IMG/VR virus record: IMGVR_UViG_3300017722_005389
From: a virus
Taxonomy: Duplodnaviria > Caudoviricetes
Reading direction: 5' to 3' (one strand)
DNA: 64,000 bases
The position numbers and the translations under genes were made by a program. Shown here in pieces: positions 8,715-18,819 of the stretch. Position 1 is the first letter of the stretch. Every line of letters starts with the position of its first letter. Below the pieces are notes generated by a model. The model had not been told where the DNA came from. It made no database searches and was given only the letters and a program-made list of their open reading frames with translations.

Positions 8715-11343
8715 TATTTTAAAACCTAATACAAAGGTAAAGATAGAATGGCGTGGCTATTATCATGAAATTACCAAAACAAAGGAAAATGATATAAAAG
8801 AAACTTTCTCAAAAAAGTATAATATCCCAAAGAACCTCATTGAAATTGAGAAAGTGTATTTGAAAAAGTCTGAAAATGAGGAGCGAGTTTCAACAGCTAT
8901 TTTAGATTCTCTTTTGAATAAAGATAAGCTTCAAAAAGCCTACAAAGATTTTTTCACTGAGAAATACCCAAATGAAAGCTTTGATAATTTTCTGAAGATC
9001 GATGAAGAGGTTTCCTCACAATTAGAAGGCTTAGATAAGAATCATGAGTTTACTGAGAGAAAATATAAGTTTCTTTGGATAAAAGCTAAAAACATATTTT
9101 CATTTTCAGATTTCTTCAGAGATTACACAAATGATACAGGTGTAACAACGATCTATTCTTATCCAGGAAATCAAGGAGGTAAAACTTCTCTTTCAAGAAT
9201 GCCATCTTTCCTGCTCTTTGGAAATAAAATAAAATACGGAAGGAAAACGAGTATCACATTCCCAGATGTTTTTAACCATTACACCGAAGATAATGAGGCA
9301 TACATTCAAGGTGAAATTCAAATCCAAAATGATGTGTTCTTTCTTAGAAGAAATTTAACAAAATCTAAAAAGGGTGCCATATCCCACTCATTCCACATTT
9401 ATAAATATGATGAAGAAGGTGAGTATGTAGATTTCTTAGGGAGGAAAGCAATAAACTTAAGTATTCAACAAGGGCAAGTAACAAGAAAAAAGTTTGAAGA
9501 TGTTATAGGTTCATATGAGGATTATATTTTCTCAAGTTACTATGAATCTCAAAACGTAGAAAAATGGCTTGAAACAACAGAAACTGAACGTTACAGACTG
9601 TTTTGTGAATATTTGGGATTAGGTATACTTGAGCAGAAATATCAGTTAGTTTCAAAGATATTGTTAAATCATTCTAAAACAAGTTTGACTTCAAAATTTA
9701 GTTTAGAACAATTAAAAAATCAAATAACTTCAGACGAATCTGAAATTTTAAATATTGAAAATGAAATAAGTTTTTCTCAAAAGAAGATTTCTAAAAATCA
9801 AAAAAATGTAACAAATTTTCAGAATAAAATAATAAAATTAACTTCAAAGTTAAGTCCACTAAATTCAAAAATAGTATCTTTAACAAAAGAGGATATTGAA
9901 TCGGATATAGAAGATAAGAAGATTGCTTTTGAAAACGTAAAATCTGAAATAGGTTATATTGAAACAAAGATTAACCAATTGAATGAACAGTTATTTAACA
10001 CCTCTGAAACTAAAATTTTGATCAACGAGAAGTTGAATTCTGCGATGACTTCTTTGTCTGATATTGACAAACAAGTTCCAAAAGAATTAAATCAAAAATT
10101 GAATGATTCAAAGTATAAGTTATTGGAAGTTAAAGAAACTTCCAAAATGATTGAAACTAAAAATAAAGCTTCGGATGAATACCAAAACCTTCAAGTGGAA
10201 TACAAGACTGTTAATAGTGAAATACAGAATCTTACCCAAGAGATTTTAGAACTTCCAGAGAAAACTGTTTGTTCTAAATGCGGACATGAAGAATCTGCAG
10301 ATCAGAAAAAATTCGCCATAGAAGCAAAGATTTCTCTCAAGAAACAAAGACTTCAAGAAATAAAAAATCTTGGCGTACAGGCTAAAATTGAGCTTGATAG
10401 AATCATATCTGAACATAAAGACATTCTTTCTAAAGAAAGCAGCAAGGTTTCTGAAGAGATACGTTCTATTGAGCAAGAAATAAATCTTTATAAGCAGAAT
10501 ATAAGAAATAACATTAACAAAGAAAGCCTTGAATATAAAAGGTTGTTATCATTGTATAACGATTTAGAGAAAGCTGAATCTAAACTTGAATTGAAAAATG
10601 AAACTTTAAAATTTTCAAAAGTAAAATATGAAAGTTCTTTAGAAACATTGAAGATTTATAATGAAAGTTTGAACGACATAAAGAATAACGGTAAAATTTA
10701 TTCAGAAATAAAGAATGTTCAAGAGGAAGTTGATGTGATTAATAAAGAAATCAAAGATATTTCTTATGAGATAAATCAAAACAATATCAAAATCGGTGTA
10801 TTGACAAATTCCATAATAAATAATCGTAATATGATTAGTGATATGGAAGCAGATTACTTCAGAGAAAGAATTTTAAAAACTTATTTACAAGTTCATGGGG
10901 ATGAAGGATTAAGCCAACATATAATTTTATCAATTCTTCCTCAAATAAATGCGGATTTAGCCAAAGTTTTAGATGAAATTACCGATTTCAATTTGTTAGT
11001 AGATTTTGATAAGAAAGGCATAAGATTCTTTTATGAAAGAGATGGTGTGAGATTCAATTTATATCAAGGGTCTGGATTTGAAAAGACTGTATCTTGCCTG
11101 GCTTTACATTATGTGAATATGAGAATGACAACTCTTCCGATATCAAATAATTTGATATTAGATGAAGTTTTTGGAGGAGTGCATAAAGATAATATTGAAG
11201 CCATAAGAAAACTTCTAAAGAAGTTATGTAATGTTTTTGATAATATAGATGTTATCACCCATACCTTAACTGATGAAGTCAAAGGTATCGCAGATAATTC
11301 TATAAAAATTTTCAAAGAAAATAATTTTTCAAAAATCGTATAA
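8698..11343 (+). CDS. sbcC: Rad50/SbcC/T4 gp46-like recombination ATPase
   Basis: Walker A GNQGGKTS, long coiled coil with CSKC Zn hook, signature GSGFEK, Walker B LILDEVFG, H-loop VITH. Confidence 0.88.
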   Translation: MALENNILKPNTKVKIEWRGYYHEITKTKENDIKETFSKKYNIPKNLIEIEKVYLKKSENEERVSTAILDSLLNKDKLQKAYKDFFTEKYPNESFDNFLKIDEEVSSQLEGLDKNHEFTERKYKFLWIKAKNIFSFSDFFRDYTNDTGVTTIYSYPGNQGGKTSLSRMPSFLLFGNKIKYGRKTSITFPDVFNHYTEDNEAYIQGEIQIQNDVFFLRRNLTKSKKGAISHSFHIYKYDEEGEYVDFLGRKAINLSIQQGQVTRKKFEDVIGSYEDYIFSSYYESQNVEKWLETTETERYRLFCEYLGLGILEQKYQLVSKILLNHSKTSLTSKFSLEQLKNQITSDESEILNIENEISFSQKKISKNQKNVTNFQNKIIKLTSKLSPLNSKIVSLTKEDIESDIEDKKIAFENVKSEIGYIETKINQLNEQLFNTSETKILINEKLNSAMTSLSDIDKQVPKELNQKLNDSKYKLLEVKETSKMIETKNKASDEYQNLQVEYKTVNSEIQNLTQEILELPEKTVCSKCGHEESADQKKFAIEAKISLKKQRLQEIKNLGVQAKIELDRIISEHKDILSKESSKVSEEIRSIEQEINLYKQNIRNNINKESLEYKRLLSLYNDLEKAESKLELKNETLKFSKVKYESSLETLKIYNESLNDIKNNGKIYSEIKNVQEEVDVINKEIKDISYEINQNNIKIGVLTNSIINNRNMISDMEADYFRERILKTYLQVHGDEGLSQHIILSILPQINADLAKVLDEITDFNLLVDFDKKGIRFFYERDGVRFNLYQGSGFEKTVSCLALHYVNMRMTTLPISNNLILDEVFGGVHKDNIEAIRKLLKKLCNVFDNIDVITHTLTDEVKGIADNSIKIFKENNFSKIV

Positions 11344-11378
11344 TTTTGGAACCATATAATATTTTATATGTTTTATAG

Positions 11379-11407
11379 GGGAAGTGTAACAACTTCCCTT
11401 TTCTTTT
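11379..11407 (+). terminator. Intrinsic terminator
   Basis: GGGAAGT-GTAACA-ACTTCCC followed by TTTTCTTTT. Confidence 0.7.
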
Positions 11408-11436
11408 GAAAAGACACTTATTTTTAAAATTTAATT

Positions 11437-12798
11437 ATGTTTATTGATATTGAAAAAACATATTTACCCCAAATTGATAATATTATAAAAAGATATTTTC
11501 CGAAATACTTCGAAAGAATTAAAAATTTACCTCAATCTAAAAAAAAGAAAATCCCAATACTTTCTCAAGAGGAATTAGTCGAATTGTATTTTAAATATAA
11601 AGAAGGCGATATACATTCAAGAGATTTAATGATTTACTCTCAATTGAAATTAGTCTATCTTTACGCTAAAAAATTTCATATTACTCAAAATGGCACAAAC
11701 ATTTCTGAAGAAGACTTAGTCGGATTTGCCAATTTAATTTTGATGGAGATAATTGATGATTATGTTCCGTTTACAGAGGGTAAAAATGAATTGAACAGCT
11801 TTTCATCTTTTATAAGAACCTGGCTGGAATTTAATCTTCACACTGAACTTAAAAAATATGGTCTGGCAATTAAGTTACCCCCAAATAAAATAACTGAAAT
11901 ATCTTTACAGAAAAAGCTTATCAGTAAGTATGAACAAGTAAATGGTGAATCACCAAGACATGGGGATTATATTGATTACTGTGAAAGAGGAATAAATAAA
12001 AGAGCTTTTTTTGATGTATTAAACGAAAAAATAGAAATTTATGAAAAGCAGGGTAATGAATTAATCTTGATTAAAAGTTCAAAGTTTGATACTTTAGAAG
12101 TCTTTGAAATAAAATCAGGGAATGAAATTATAAATAAAGATTCAGAAGAAGTCCACTTGGAAGTTTTCGATGGAATAAAAAGCGATCCACTTATCACTTT
12201 GAATTTCAACGATGACATTATGAAAAAGTCTATTGAAAAAGTATTGGATGACTTAACACAAAGAGAAAGAGAGTTTATAGATTTATACTATTTTAGATCT
12301 GAAGCGATAAAAAGGATTCCATCATTATTAACCCCAGATAAGAATAATGAAGGTGAAATGAGAACTTTCAATAAGACTTCTCGCAACACCATAACAGTCA
12401 AAGGAACGAAAAAAAATTCAGAAGAAGTATTTATAGTATATGAAGTATTTGCAAATGCACATGATATTCCTGCAGAAAAACATGCTGTACATACAGATGG
12501 TATAACCGCAATCACTCATAAGAACACAGATATTATTACAAATGAAGTGAATGACACATATGAATTCTTACTTTCTAATGAAATAGATTTAAATACTATT
12601 GAAGTTAAGCATAGATATTGTAAAAATGAAGAGAATGTTAAGTATAGTTTAAATTCAACGGAAGATGGATATGTTTTAAATTTCAATATTAATTATAGTT
12701 ATGGAATGATTTATACACCTCAGACATTTTTGAATAATAATGAAACACTTTTGAAAAAATTAAGAACAAAACTTATAAACTTAAAAAAATATATTTAA
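11437..12798 (+). CDS. Phage sigma70-like RNA polymerase sigma factor
   Basis: Region 1.2/2-like GDIHSRDLMIYSQLKLVYLYAKKF...EDLVGFA...FSSFIRTW...IKLP; region-4-like LDDLTQREREFIDLYY and LLKKLR separated by an insertion. Confidence 0.75.
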   Translation: MFIDIEKTYLPQIDNIIKRYFPKYFERIKNLPQSKKKKIPILSQEELVELYFKYKEGDIHSRDLMIYSQLKLVYLYAKKFHITQNGTNISEEDLVGFANLILMEIIDDYVPFTEGKNELNSFSSFIRTWLEFNLHTELKKYGLAIKLPPNKITEISLQKKLISKYEQVNGESPRHGDYIDYCERGINKRAFFDVLNEKIEIYEKQGNELILIKSSKFDTLEVFEIKSGNEIINKDSEEVHLEVFDGIKSDPLITLNFNDDIMKKSIEKVLDDLTQREREFIDLYYFRSEAIKRIPSLLTPDKNNEGEMRTFNKTSRNTITVKGTKKNSEEVFIVYEVFANAHDIPAEKHAVHTDGITAITHKNTDIITNEVNDTYEFLLSNEIDLNTIEVKHRYCKNEENVKYSLNSTEDGYVLNFNINYSYGMIYTPQTFLNNNETLLKKLRTKLINLKKYI

Positions 12799-12800
12799 TT

Positions 12801-13082
12801 ATGAAAAACATTTCAATCGAAAAAATTTTACTTGCACTAATTTTATTGCTTACACTTGCCAACGGATGTAACTCATGCAAAGGAAACAGAGAACATCGTA
12901 CTGAATTAAAATCAATGAAAAAGCGTGTAGATTCTTTAGAAAATACAATTAAACTTTCTAATGAAACAACTTATAAGAATATTTCAAAAGAAATCGAAAT
13001 GCTTTTGATTATCGAAAACGAAATCGATGGTAAAAATAAAAAATCAACTGAAATAAAAGAAATTATCAAAAACTATAAATAA
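12801..13082 (+). CDS. Membrane-anchored coiled-coil/lipoprotein (spanin-like?)
   Basis: Hydrophobic N-terminus ending LANGC (lipobox-like), then a coiled coil; adjacent to a membrane protein and an amidase. Confidence 0.4.
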   Translation: MKNISIEKILLALILLLTLANGCNSCKGNREHRTELKSMKKRVDSLENTIKLSNETTYKNISKEIEMLLIIENEIDGKNKKSTEIKEIIKNYK

Positions 13083-13753
13083 TGAACCCTCTTAAGAAAG
13101 TTAATTATTTCAATATAACAAATTCATTTTTCATATTAGCGATACTTATCTTCTCGATAACATCGCTTTTTCACGTTACAGTATTCTGGCTTATAACCAA
13201 TTCATTATTTCTTTCAATAATAATGTCTGTTGCAACTGGAGTTGGCATAATAAGTTCTCTTTTATCAACAAAATACACTAAGCTTACCTATATAAGTTTT
13301 GCATTAATTATTTTGATAGAACTCTTTGGAAATATTTATGGATCATTCATTCATATAGATATTAACAGTGAATATTTCAAAGGATGGAAAGAGCTTATGG
13401 AGCCTGTATTTAGTTTATTTTATACAGTAGAAGAAGGGGAAGTTATTCCAGATTCTATTTACAAGAGATGGGCAGCTATTATTCAAGGATCATTTATTCC
13501 ACTTCTGCTTTCAATAACATTCCACATGTGGATGGTTGTTAGAGATAAATATAAAAAATTAAATTCTAAAAACTTTAACCATCATGAAAAGATTAAAGTT
13601 GTTGAAGAAGTGGTAAAACCTGAAGACATGGTAAAACCTGAAGAAGCAGCAGTTCCAAAAGAGCGTAAGAAAAATTCAAGTGGCAGGAAAAGTATGAGTG
13701 TTTCATTCCCTTTTGAAAATATTAAAAAAAAAATTCAGAACCTGAAATTTTAA
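13082..13753 (+). CDS. Multi-pass membrane protein (holin-like?) with probable frameshift extension to 14100
   Basis: About four hydrophobic segments; an A10 tract at 13724-13733 leads into a start-less frame 13726-14100. Confidence 0.6.
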   Translation: MNPLKKVNYFNITNSFFILAILIFSITSLFHVTVFWLITNSLFLSIIMSVATGVGIISSLLSTKYTKLTYISFALIILIELFGNIYGSFIHIDINSEYFKGWKELMEPVFSLFYTVEEGEVIPDSIYKRWAAIIQGSFIPLLLSITFHMWMVVRDKYKKLNSKNFNHHEKIKVVEEVVKPEDMVKPEEAAVPKERKKNSSGRKSMSVSFPFENIKKKIQNLKF

Positions 13754-13788
13754 TTGAGAAAGATGAATTAATTTCTGAAGTAATTATT

Positions 13789-14016
13789 GAAGAAATTAAA
13801 GAAGAAATTGTAGAGGAAGCTAAAGAAGAAATTAAAGAAGAAATTAAAGAGGAAATTAAAGAGGAAATTAAAGAAGAAATTAAAGAAGAAATTGTAGAGG
13901 AAGCTAAAGAAGAAATTAAAGAAGAAATTAAAGAGGAAATTAAAGAGGAAATTAAAGAAGAAATTAAAGAAGAAATTAAAGAAGAAATTAAAGAAGAAAT
14001 TAAAGAAGAAATTAAA
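13789..14016 (+). repeat. 12-bp tandem repeat x19 (GA[A/G]GAAATTAAA = EEIK) with an exact higher-order 84-bp duplication
   Basis: Units counted directly; 13801-13884 is identical to 13885-13968. Confidence 0.95.
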
Positions 14017-14086
14017 AAGAAACCAAAGCCGAGGGTTATTAATGTAAAAAGTGATGACATTGGAACAATTTATTTAAAACCAGAAA

Positions 14087-14683
14087 ATGGACATAAATAA
14101 CGAGCATAAGTTAAAGACTGCGAATTATATAAGAGTTATTTCAGACAAGAGACAGATTTTATTAGGTAATACGCACCATTATAATTTAAACCATATCAAA
14201 TATTCTATAAATAGGAATAATGGGACATATGATAAATTACCTCATTTTACAATAACCAAAGATGGAAAGATTCATCAGCATTTTGATATAAAATTTTATT
14301 CGAATTATCTTGGGGGTGAGTATACAAAAGATATAATATCAATAGCTTTAGAAAATATCGGACAAATTTTTGAAGAAAAAGGAGTGTATTATGATATTTA
14401 TAATAACACATATGAACATACCCCTTTTGAAAAAAATTGGAAGAATTGTTCAATGTGGGATTCTTATACAGAAGCTCAATTTGAAGCGTGTATATATCTT
14501 TGTAATAAACTTATTAAAGATGGCGTTATAAGCCGAGCGGTTATGCCAACTAATGTTTTTAAACAAGATATAGCTAACTTCAAAGGAATCTGTTATAAAA
14601 GTAATTATGATAGTAAGTATTATGATTTAAATCCAAATTGGGATTTCGAAAAATTTAAAGAAAAAATAGAAAAAAATGAATGA
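14087..14683 (+). CDS. N-acetylmuramoyl-L-alanine amidase (Amidase_2-like), putative endolysin
   Basis: PHFTITKDGKIHQHF, ISIALEN and YTEAQFEA are typical amidase_2 motifs. Confidence 0.7.
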   Translation: MDINNEHKLKTANYIRVISDKRQILLGNTHHYNLNHIKYSINRNNGTYDKLPHFTITKDGKIHQHFDIKFYSNYLGGEYTKDIISIALENIGQIFEEKGVYYDIYNNTYEHTPFEKNWKNCSMWDSYTEAQFEACIYLCNKLIKDGVISRAVMPTNVFKQDIANFKGICYKSNYDSKYYDLNPNWDFEKFKEKIEKNE

Positions 14684-15128
14684 TATAATCAATAAAATGT
14701 GCTCTCAATTAAGAGAAGATTATTATGTAAACGATAAAAATCTTTTGAGAGAACAAGATGAAGAAACATCTGAACAGGGTGAGGACCAAGAAATAAAAAC
14801 CTTTGATAATAAGAGTGAACAAGCAAAAAATTTTATAAATAATATAAAAAATTATTTAAATAACGGAGCCGTTTCATTTGATTCTATAGTTTTTGATCCT
14901 AAAGATAACAGATTTACTTGGGAAGGTGAAATTGCAACACAAGTAAAATGGGAATTTGTTTTTGAAGATGGAAAAAATCCACAAGTGTTTTTTAAAATAG
15001 AAGAACCGCAAGATTTGGATAAAGAAACTACATTATCTATGCATAAATTGAATACATATTTTAGAGAAAAGATTAGTGCAGAAATTTCAACGGCTATTCA
15101 AAATAAACAATTTGAAAATATTGCATAA
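14676..15128 (+). CDS. Hypothetical phage protein
   Basis: 150-aa ORF overlapping the previous stop. Confidence 0.6.
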   Translation: MNDIINKMCSQLREDYYVNDKNLLREQDEETSEQGEDQEIKTFDNKSEQAKNFINNIKNYLNNGAVSFDSIVFDPKDNRFTWEGEIATQVKWEFVFEDGKNPQVFFKIEEPQDLDKETTLSMHKLNTYFREKISAEISTAIQNKQFENIA

Positions 15129-15164
15129 AATAATACTGTATAGGTATATTTATAATAAAAATAT

Positions 15165-16220
15165 ATGTATTTAAATGAAACAGATTCGAGTTCTTCAGGA
15201 AGTTTTGAAGCTTCATTTGGAGGAAAAATGATAAAAAGAAGTTTCCACCCTTTTTATCCTTTAGAACAAAAAACACAAAAACGTAAAAAAAAGAAAAAAA
15301 TGAAAAATATCACAATTTCTGAAATTGAAAACATCGCTTTAAAAGCACTTATTTTCGAAGAGGTATATAGCGAAAAACCAGTTGAACCAAAAGGAAAAGA
15401 AATTTCTACAAGAAATATGAAACAAGAAATTTCAAGTTCTAAACCTTCAAAGGCTACTGAAAAAATCAAAAGTAAATCTGGAAAAGAGCATTCTTCAGAT
15501 ATTAAGAGTAGAACTGGTAAAGTAAAAGCTTCAATCAAAAATAATTTGAAAGGTGCCGAAGTTGAAGATGTTAACAAAGATAAAAAAGTTGATGATGATT
15601 ATGAAGTAGAAGCATATCAGAATGGTATGGAAGATATTGCATATGAAAGAATCTCAGATAAACAAAAGCAAAAAATTAAAGACCAGATTAGCGCAAAAGG
15701 TTCGAAAAAAGATCCTAACGCAGAAAAAAGCGGAAAGGTGGCAAAGAAAATGATTGATGGTGTTAAAAAACGTGATAGCTCAAAAGCAAATAATCCTTTC
15801 AATCGCTTAACACAATCAGGTTCTGACATAGAATATACTCAAAAAAGGAATCAGTCTGATTACCGACCAACTAAAAAGACTGCAATACAGGAAAATACAA
15901 TCAAAAGACTTTCTTTCAAAAGAGAGTTTGAAAGTACAAAGGACATGCTTGAAAGAATTCCTTCAAATTATAAAAGTCATGAGAAGATTTTTGAAATGTT
16001 TGATGGTAATAACAAATACAAAGTTCGTTGGGAAGGAAACTCAATTAATGGTACAGGTGTTATATTAGAGCAGCACAGTGAAGCTAAGGAGAATAGAATG
16101 TATGATATGTTCGACAAACTCGTAAATAATGGATTAAACGAAGGTTATAATTCATCTGAATTGAATGAGAATAATATTTTTAAGAGCTTTTTAAATTTTT
16201 CAAGAGAATTAAATGGATAA
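15165..16220 (+). CDS. Late, highly charged putative head/scaffold-associated protein
   Basis: TATTTATA at 15147-15154; several L/I-x-E sites (LNE, IFEE, IQE). Confidence 0.5.
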   Translation: MYLNETDSSSSGSFEASFGGKMIKRSFHPFYPLEQKTQKRKKKKKMKNITISEIENIALKALIFEEVYSEKPVEPKGKEISTRNMKQEISSSKPSKATEKIKSKSGKEHSSDIKSRTGKVKASIKNNLKGAEVEDVNKDKKVDDDYEVEAYQNGMEDIAYERISDKQKQKIKDQISAKGSKKDPNAEKSGKVAKKMIDGVKKRDSSKANNPFNRLTQSGSDIEYTQKRNQSDYRPTKKTAIQENTIKRLSFKREFESTKDMLERIPSNYKSHEKIFEMFDGNNKYKVRWEGNSINGTGVILEQHSEAKENRMYDMFDKLVNNGLNEGYNSSELNENNIFKSFLNFSRELNG

Positions 16221-16629
16221 AACAAACGTAAAAACATTTTACGAAAAGAAAGTCTTTTATGTTCAAAACGAATTCATAAAGGACTTTCTTTTTTTTCTTT
16301 TATACAAGATTGAAAAAACCTATCTTGGCGATGAAATAATGAATATGGAAAATAAACGTGATCATTTTGAATGGTCTGTAAATGAAACAGTTTTAAATTT
16401 CAAGAAGGAAGAAATTCATGTAAACGTTAGTAAAGACTTTATAAGTAAACTGTTCGATACCTTTAGCACGTATTATTATTCTTTGAAAAAAAATCGTAAT
16501 ACTGTTGAAGATTTAAAAATTAGATTTACTAACATCTTTAATTCTTCAATCAGCAAAACTCCAACACAGATTGAAGAGACTGTATTTTATGTAAGACTAT
16601 TCACAAGCCATATGGGAAATAGTTTTTAA
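16213..16629 (+). CDS. Hypothetical phage protein
   Basis: 138-aa ORF, translationally coupled. Confidence 0.6.
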   Translation: MDKTNVKTFYEKKVFYVQNEFIKDFLFFLLYKIEKTYLGDEIMNMENKRDHFEWSVNETVLNFKKEEIHVNVSKDFISKLFDTFSTYYYSLKKNRNTVEDLKIRFTNIFNSSISKTPTQIEETVFYVRLFTSHMGNSF

Positions 16630-16656
16630 AAAAATTTCATATATTAATAATAAAAT

Positions 16657-16983
16657 ATGGAAGAATTAGAAAGTATTCGATTAAGAATTTTAACTCTTAT
16701 AAGTGCAGATAAGATTATTTTGAAATCTGACAGTTACTTCTTGGAAGATATTGAAGAGGAAACTGAAGAGTCTAAGAAAAAACGAGTCAAAACAGGATTA
16801 AAACCTCACAAGTATAAAAAAGGAGACTGGAAGAAAGCTATGTCTTTGAAAGAAGGTAGACATGCAAGAATAAGATTAAGGCTACTTTTGAAAAGACTTG
16901 AGAAGGCATTAAAGGATGCAAAAGATTTAATTCAAAAGCAAAATAAATTAGTAAGAGTGATGAAAGAAAGAGGTGAATTATAA
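16657..16983 (+). CDS. Basic hypothetical protein (possible nucleic-acid binder)
   Basis: K/R-rich C-terminal helix RHARIRLRLLLKRLEK. Confidence 0.55.
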   Translation: MEELESIRLRILTLISADKIILKSDSYFLEDIEEETEESKKKRVKTGLKPHKYKKGDWKKAMSLKEGRHARIRLRLLLKRLEKALKDAKDLIQKQNKLVRVMKERGEL

Positions 16984-16990
16984 TTCAATA

Positions 16991-17437
16991 CTAATCTTTT
17001 AAAACTTTTTTATTTTTGTTCATAAGTTCTTGACCTTTCATTTGGCAATAAATATCTGAAGTTTCAAAATAAGATTCTGCTTTTTCTGTAAGATCCAAAA
17101 TATTATGAATTATCCAGCATACTCCACTTATAATTGCACCATCAAATACTTTATACATTCCGATATTCAAATAAAAAAGAATTGAAGAAATTATGGTTCC
17201 ATTTGAACTTGTAAATGTAGAAAATGTGTTATATGAAATAGAACCTAAATAGAAGCTAAGAAATACTCCAACCCAAAATCCAAGACATCTTGGGCACCTG
17301 ATAAGCATTCCAAAGAAATTTTCATAAATTTCATCAGAACCATTATCAATTCTGTTTCTTACTCCTTCGAATATGGTTGATTTTGATACGATGGTTGTTA
17401 CACCAAACCCTATAAGTAAAAACAATAGTACATTCAT
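16991..17437 (-). CDS. DUF1360-like membrane protein
   Basis: Hydrophobic segments with LIRCPRCLGFWVG motif. Confidence 0.65.
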   Translation of the reverse strand: MNVLLFLLIGFGVTTIVSKSTIFEGVRNRIDNGSDEIYENFFGMLIRCPRCLGFWVGVFLSFYLGSISYNTFSTFTSSNGTIISSILFYLNIGMYKVFDGAIISGVCWIIHNILDLTEKAESYFETSDIYCQMKGQELMNKNKKVLKD

Positions 17438-17478
17438 ATTTTTTATTGTTAATATATTTATTTTAAACCGAAAATAAA

Positions 17479-17718
17479 ATGAGTTGGACTGATACAGATT
17501 TTAAAGATTTTGACCAGGATAAAACCCAGTCAAAAAAAGAATTAGATTTTAATAAAAAAAGAATCGCTTCAATGTTGAAAAAAGATCGTAAAACGATAAA
17601 AGAAATAAAGGGTAATTATACCTTCAAGAAAAGATTTTTTCTCTTTAGATGGTATGATATTCTAAAGAGAAAAAGCTATTTCTATAGGAATTATATTTTG
17701 TATAAAATTTTTGGTTAA
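17479..17718 (+). CDS. Hypothetical phage protein
   Basis: 79-aa ORF with A-rich leader. Confidence 0.55.
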   Translation: MSWTDTDFKDFDQDKTQSKKELDFNKKRIASMLKKDRKTIKEIKGNYTFKKRFFLFRWYDILKRKSYFYRNYILYKIFG

Positions 17719-18440
17719 GGTTCAGTCGTGTATCTTTTCATCCAAGACATGGAAACACCTAAATGTTTAATAGCCTCATCCATAAGTTCTTTTTTCTTAT
17801 CCGTTGCAGCTATACCTCTGAACATGAATAGCACCATATTTTTAGAAGTCAAAAATTCAAGGAAGAAATTATAAAGTCTTTTAGCATCATCAACATTATG
17901 GCACAGTATCATATTGAAATCATCCATACTATCAGTGATAACAATTTTATTATTTACAATATAAACCTCATATGATTTAGCCTTTCTAAGACGATCTAAA
18001 AATATATTTGATAAAATTTCTAGCGAATTCAATCTTCTTTTGTAACCATAAACTTTAAAGCATTCCTCACTTTTCAAAGTAAATTTTTGTATGATTTCCC
18101 AATCACCATTCACTTTTTCTTCAATAATACCCATTCCTGTATAAATTTTTCTAAATTCAGAACCATCCTTTTTCTTACGAACAAAAAGTATTTCAAGGGT
18201 ATTTTTATAAATACTTTCATCCCCCTTAGTAGTTCTATATTTACTTGGGAAAACTGTAGTGTTATTTTCACGCATTGCATTGAAAAGTTTCTCAGCTAAA
18301 TAAAATTTTCCATAATTTTGAACTATTCTGTGAATCTTCTTGTTTTTCACTAAAAGGATAGCATATTCTAAAGTTTCAGGGCTGACAGGCTTTCTATTTT
18401 TCAAAAAAACATTTAAAAAGGTATAATGATTATTTAACAT
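17715..18440 (-). CDS. Hypothetical phage protein
   Basis: ~241-aa ORF; ATG at 18438-18440 on the minus strand. Confidence 0.6.
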   Translation of the reverse strand: MLNNHYTFLNVFLKNRKPVSPETLEYAILLVKNKKIHRIVQNYGKFYLAEKLFNAMRENNTTVFPSKYRTTKGDESIYKNTLEILFVRKKKDGSEFRKIYTGMGIIEEKVNGDWEIIQKFTLKSEECFKVYGYKRRLNSLEILSNIFLDRLRKAKSYEVYIVNNKIVITDSMDDFNMILCHNVDDAKRLYNFFLEFLTSKNMVLFMFRGIAATDKKKELMDEAIKHLGVSMSWMKRYTTEP

Positions 18441-18807
18441 GCGCAATAAAAATATAAATTATGTTGTTATAGGTATAATTGTAAAATCTTCTAAAGATAT
18501 AATGATCACTTCATTAGTTCAAGACGAAAATAAAGAATTCTATATAATGGATTTAATTCATGGTACAAATTTTAAAGAATATTATTTTTATAAAATTTCA
18601 GTATCAAATATTTCAAAATTCTTAACAGAAAAAAATAAACTAGCACTTTTCCCAGAAAGTAAAATTATATATCGTATTCACACATTTGACAATAGAATAA
18701 TTGGTATCGAAAATGTTAATAACACAACATTGTTCGCAAACGAATTAGACACAGAGTGGGAATGTGAAGATTACGATAACATCTATTCATATATAAATAA
18801 TCTATAA
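18439..18807 (+). CDS. Hypothetical phage protein
   Basis: 122-aa ORF; true start uncertain. Confidence 0.5.
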   Translation: MRNKNINYVVIGIIVKSSKDIMITSLVQDENKEFYIMDLIHGTNFKEYYFYKISVSNISKFLTEKNKLALFPESKIIYRIHTFDNRIIGIENVNNTTLFANELDTEWECEDYDNIYSYINNL

Positions 18808-18819
18808 AATTTTTTAAAA

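Noticed and set aside
12331-12702. Intein in the sigma factor
   Set aside because: No C/S at the N-junction, no HN-C/S/T at the C-junction, no LAGLIDADG motifs.
13789-14016. Possible CRISPR array
   Set aside because: Units are contiguous 12-mers with no unique spacers; this is a coding tandem repeat. No repeat-spacer pattern was seen elsewhere in the window.
13722-14060. Minus-strand 112-aa Ser/Leu/Ile repeat ORF (SSLI)n in the track
   Set aside because: It is the antisense shadow of the EEIK repeat; the plus-strand frame matches neighbouring gene orientation and overlaps the next start.
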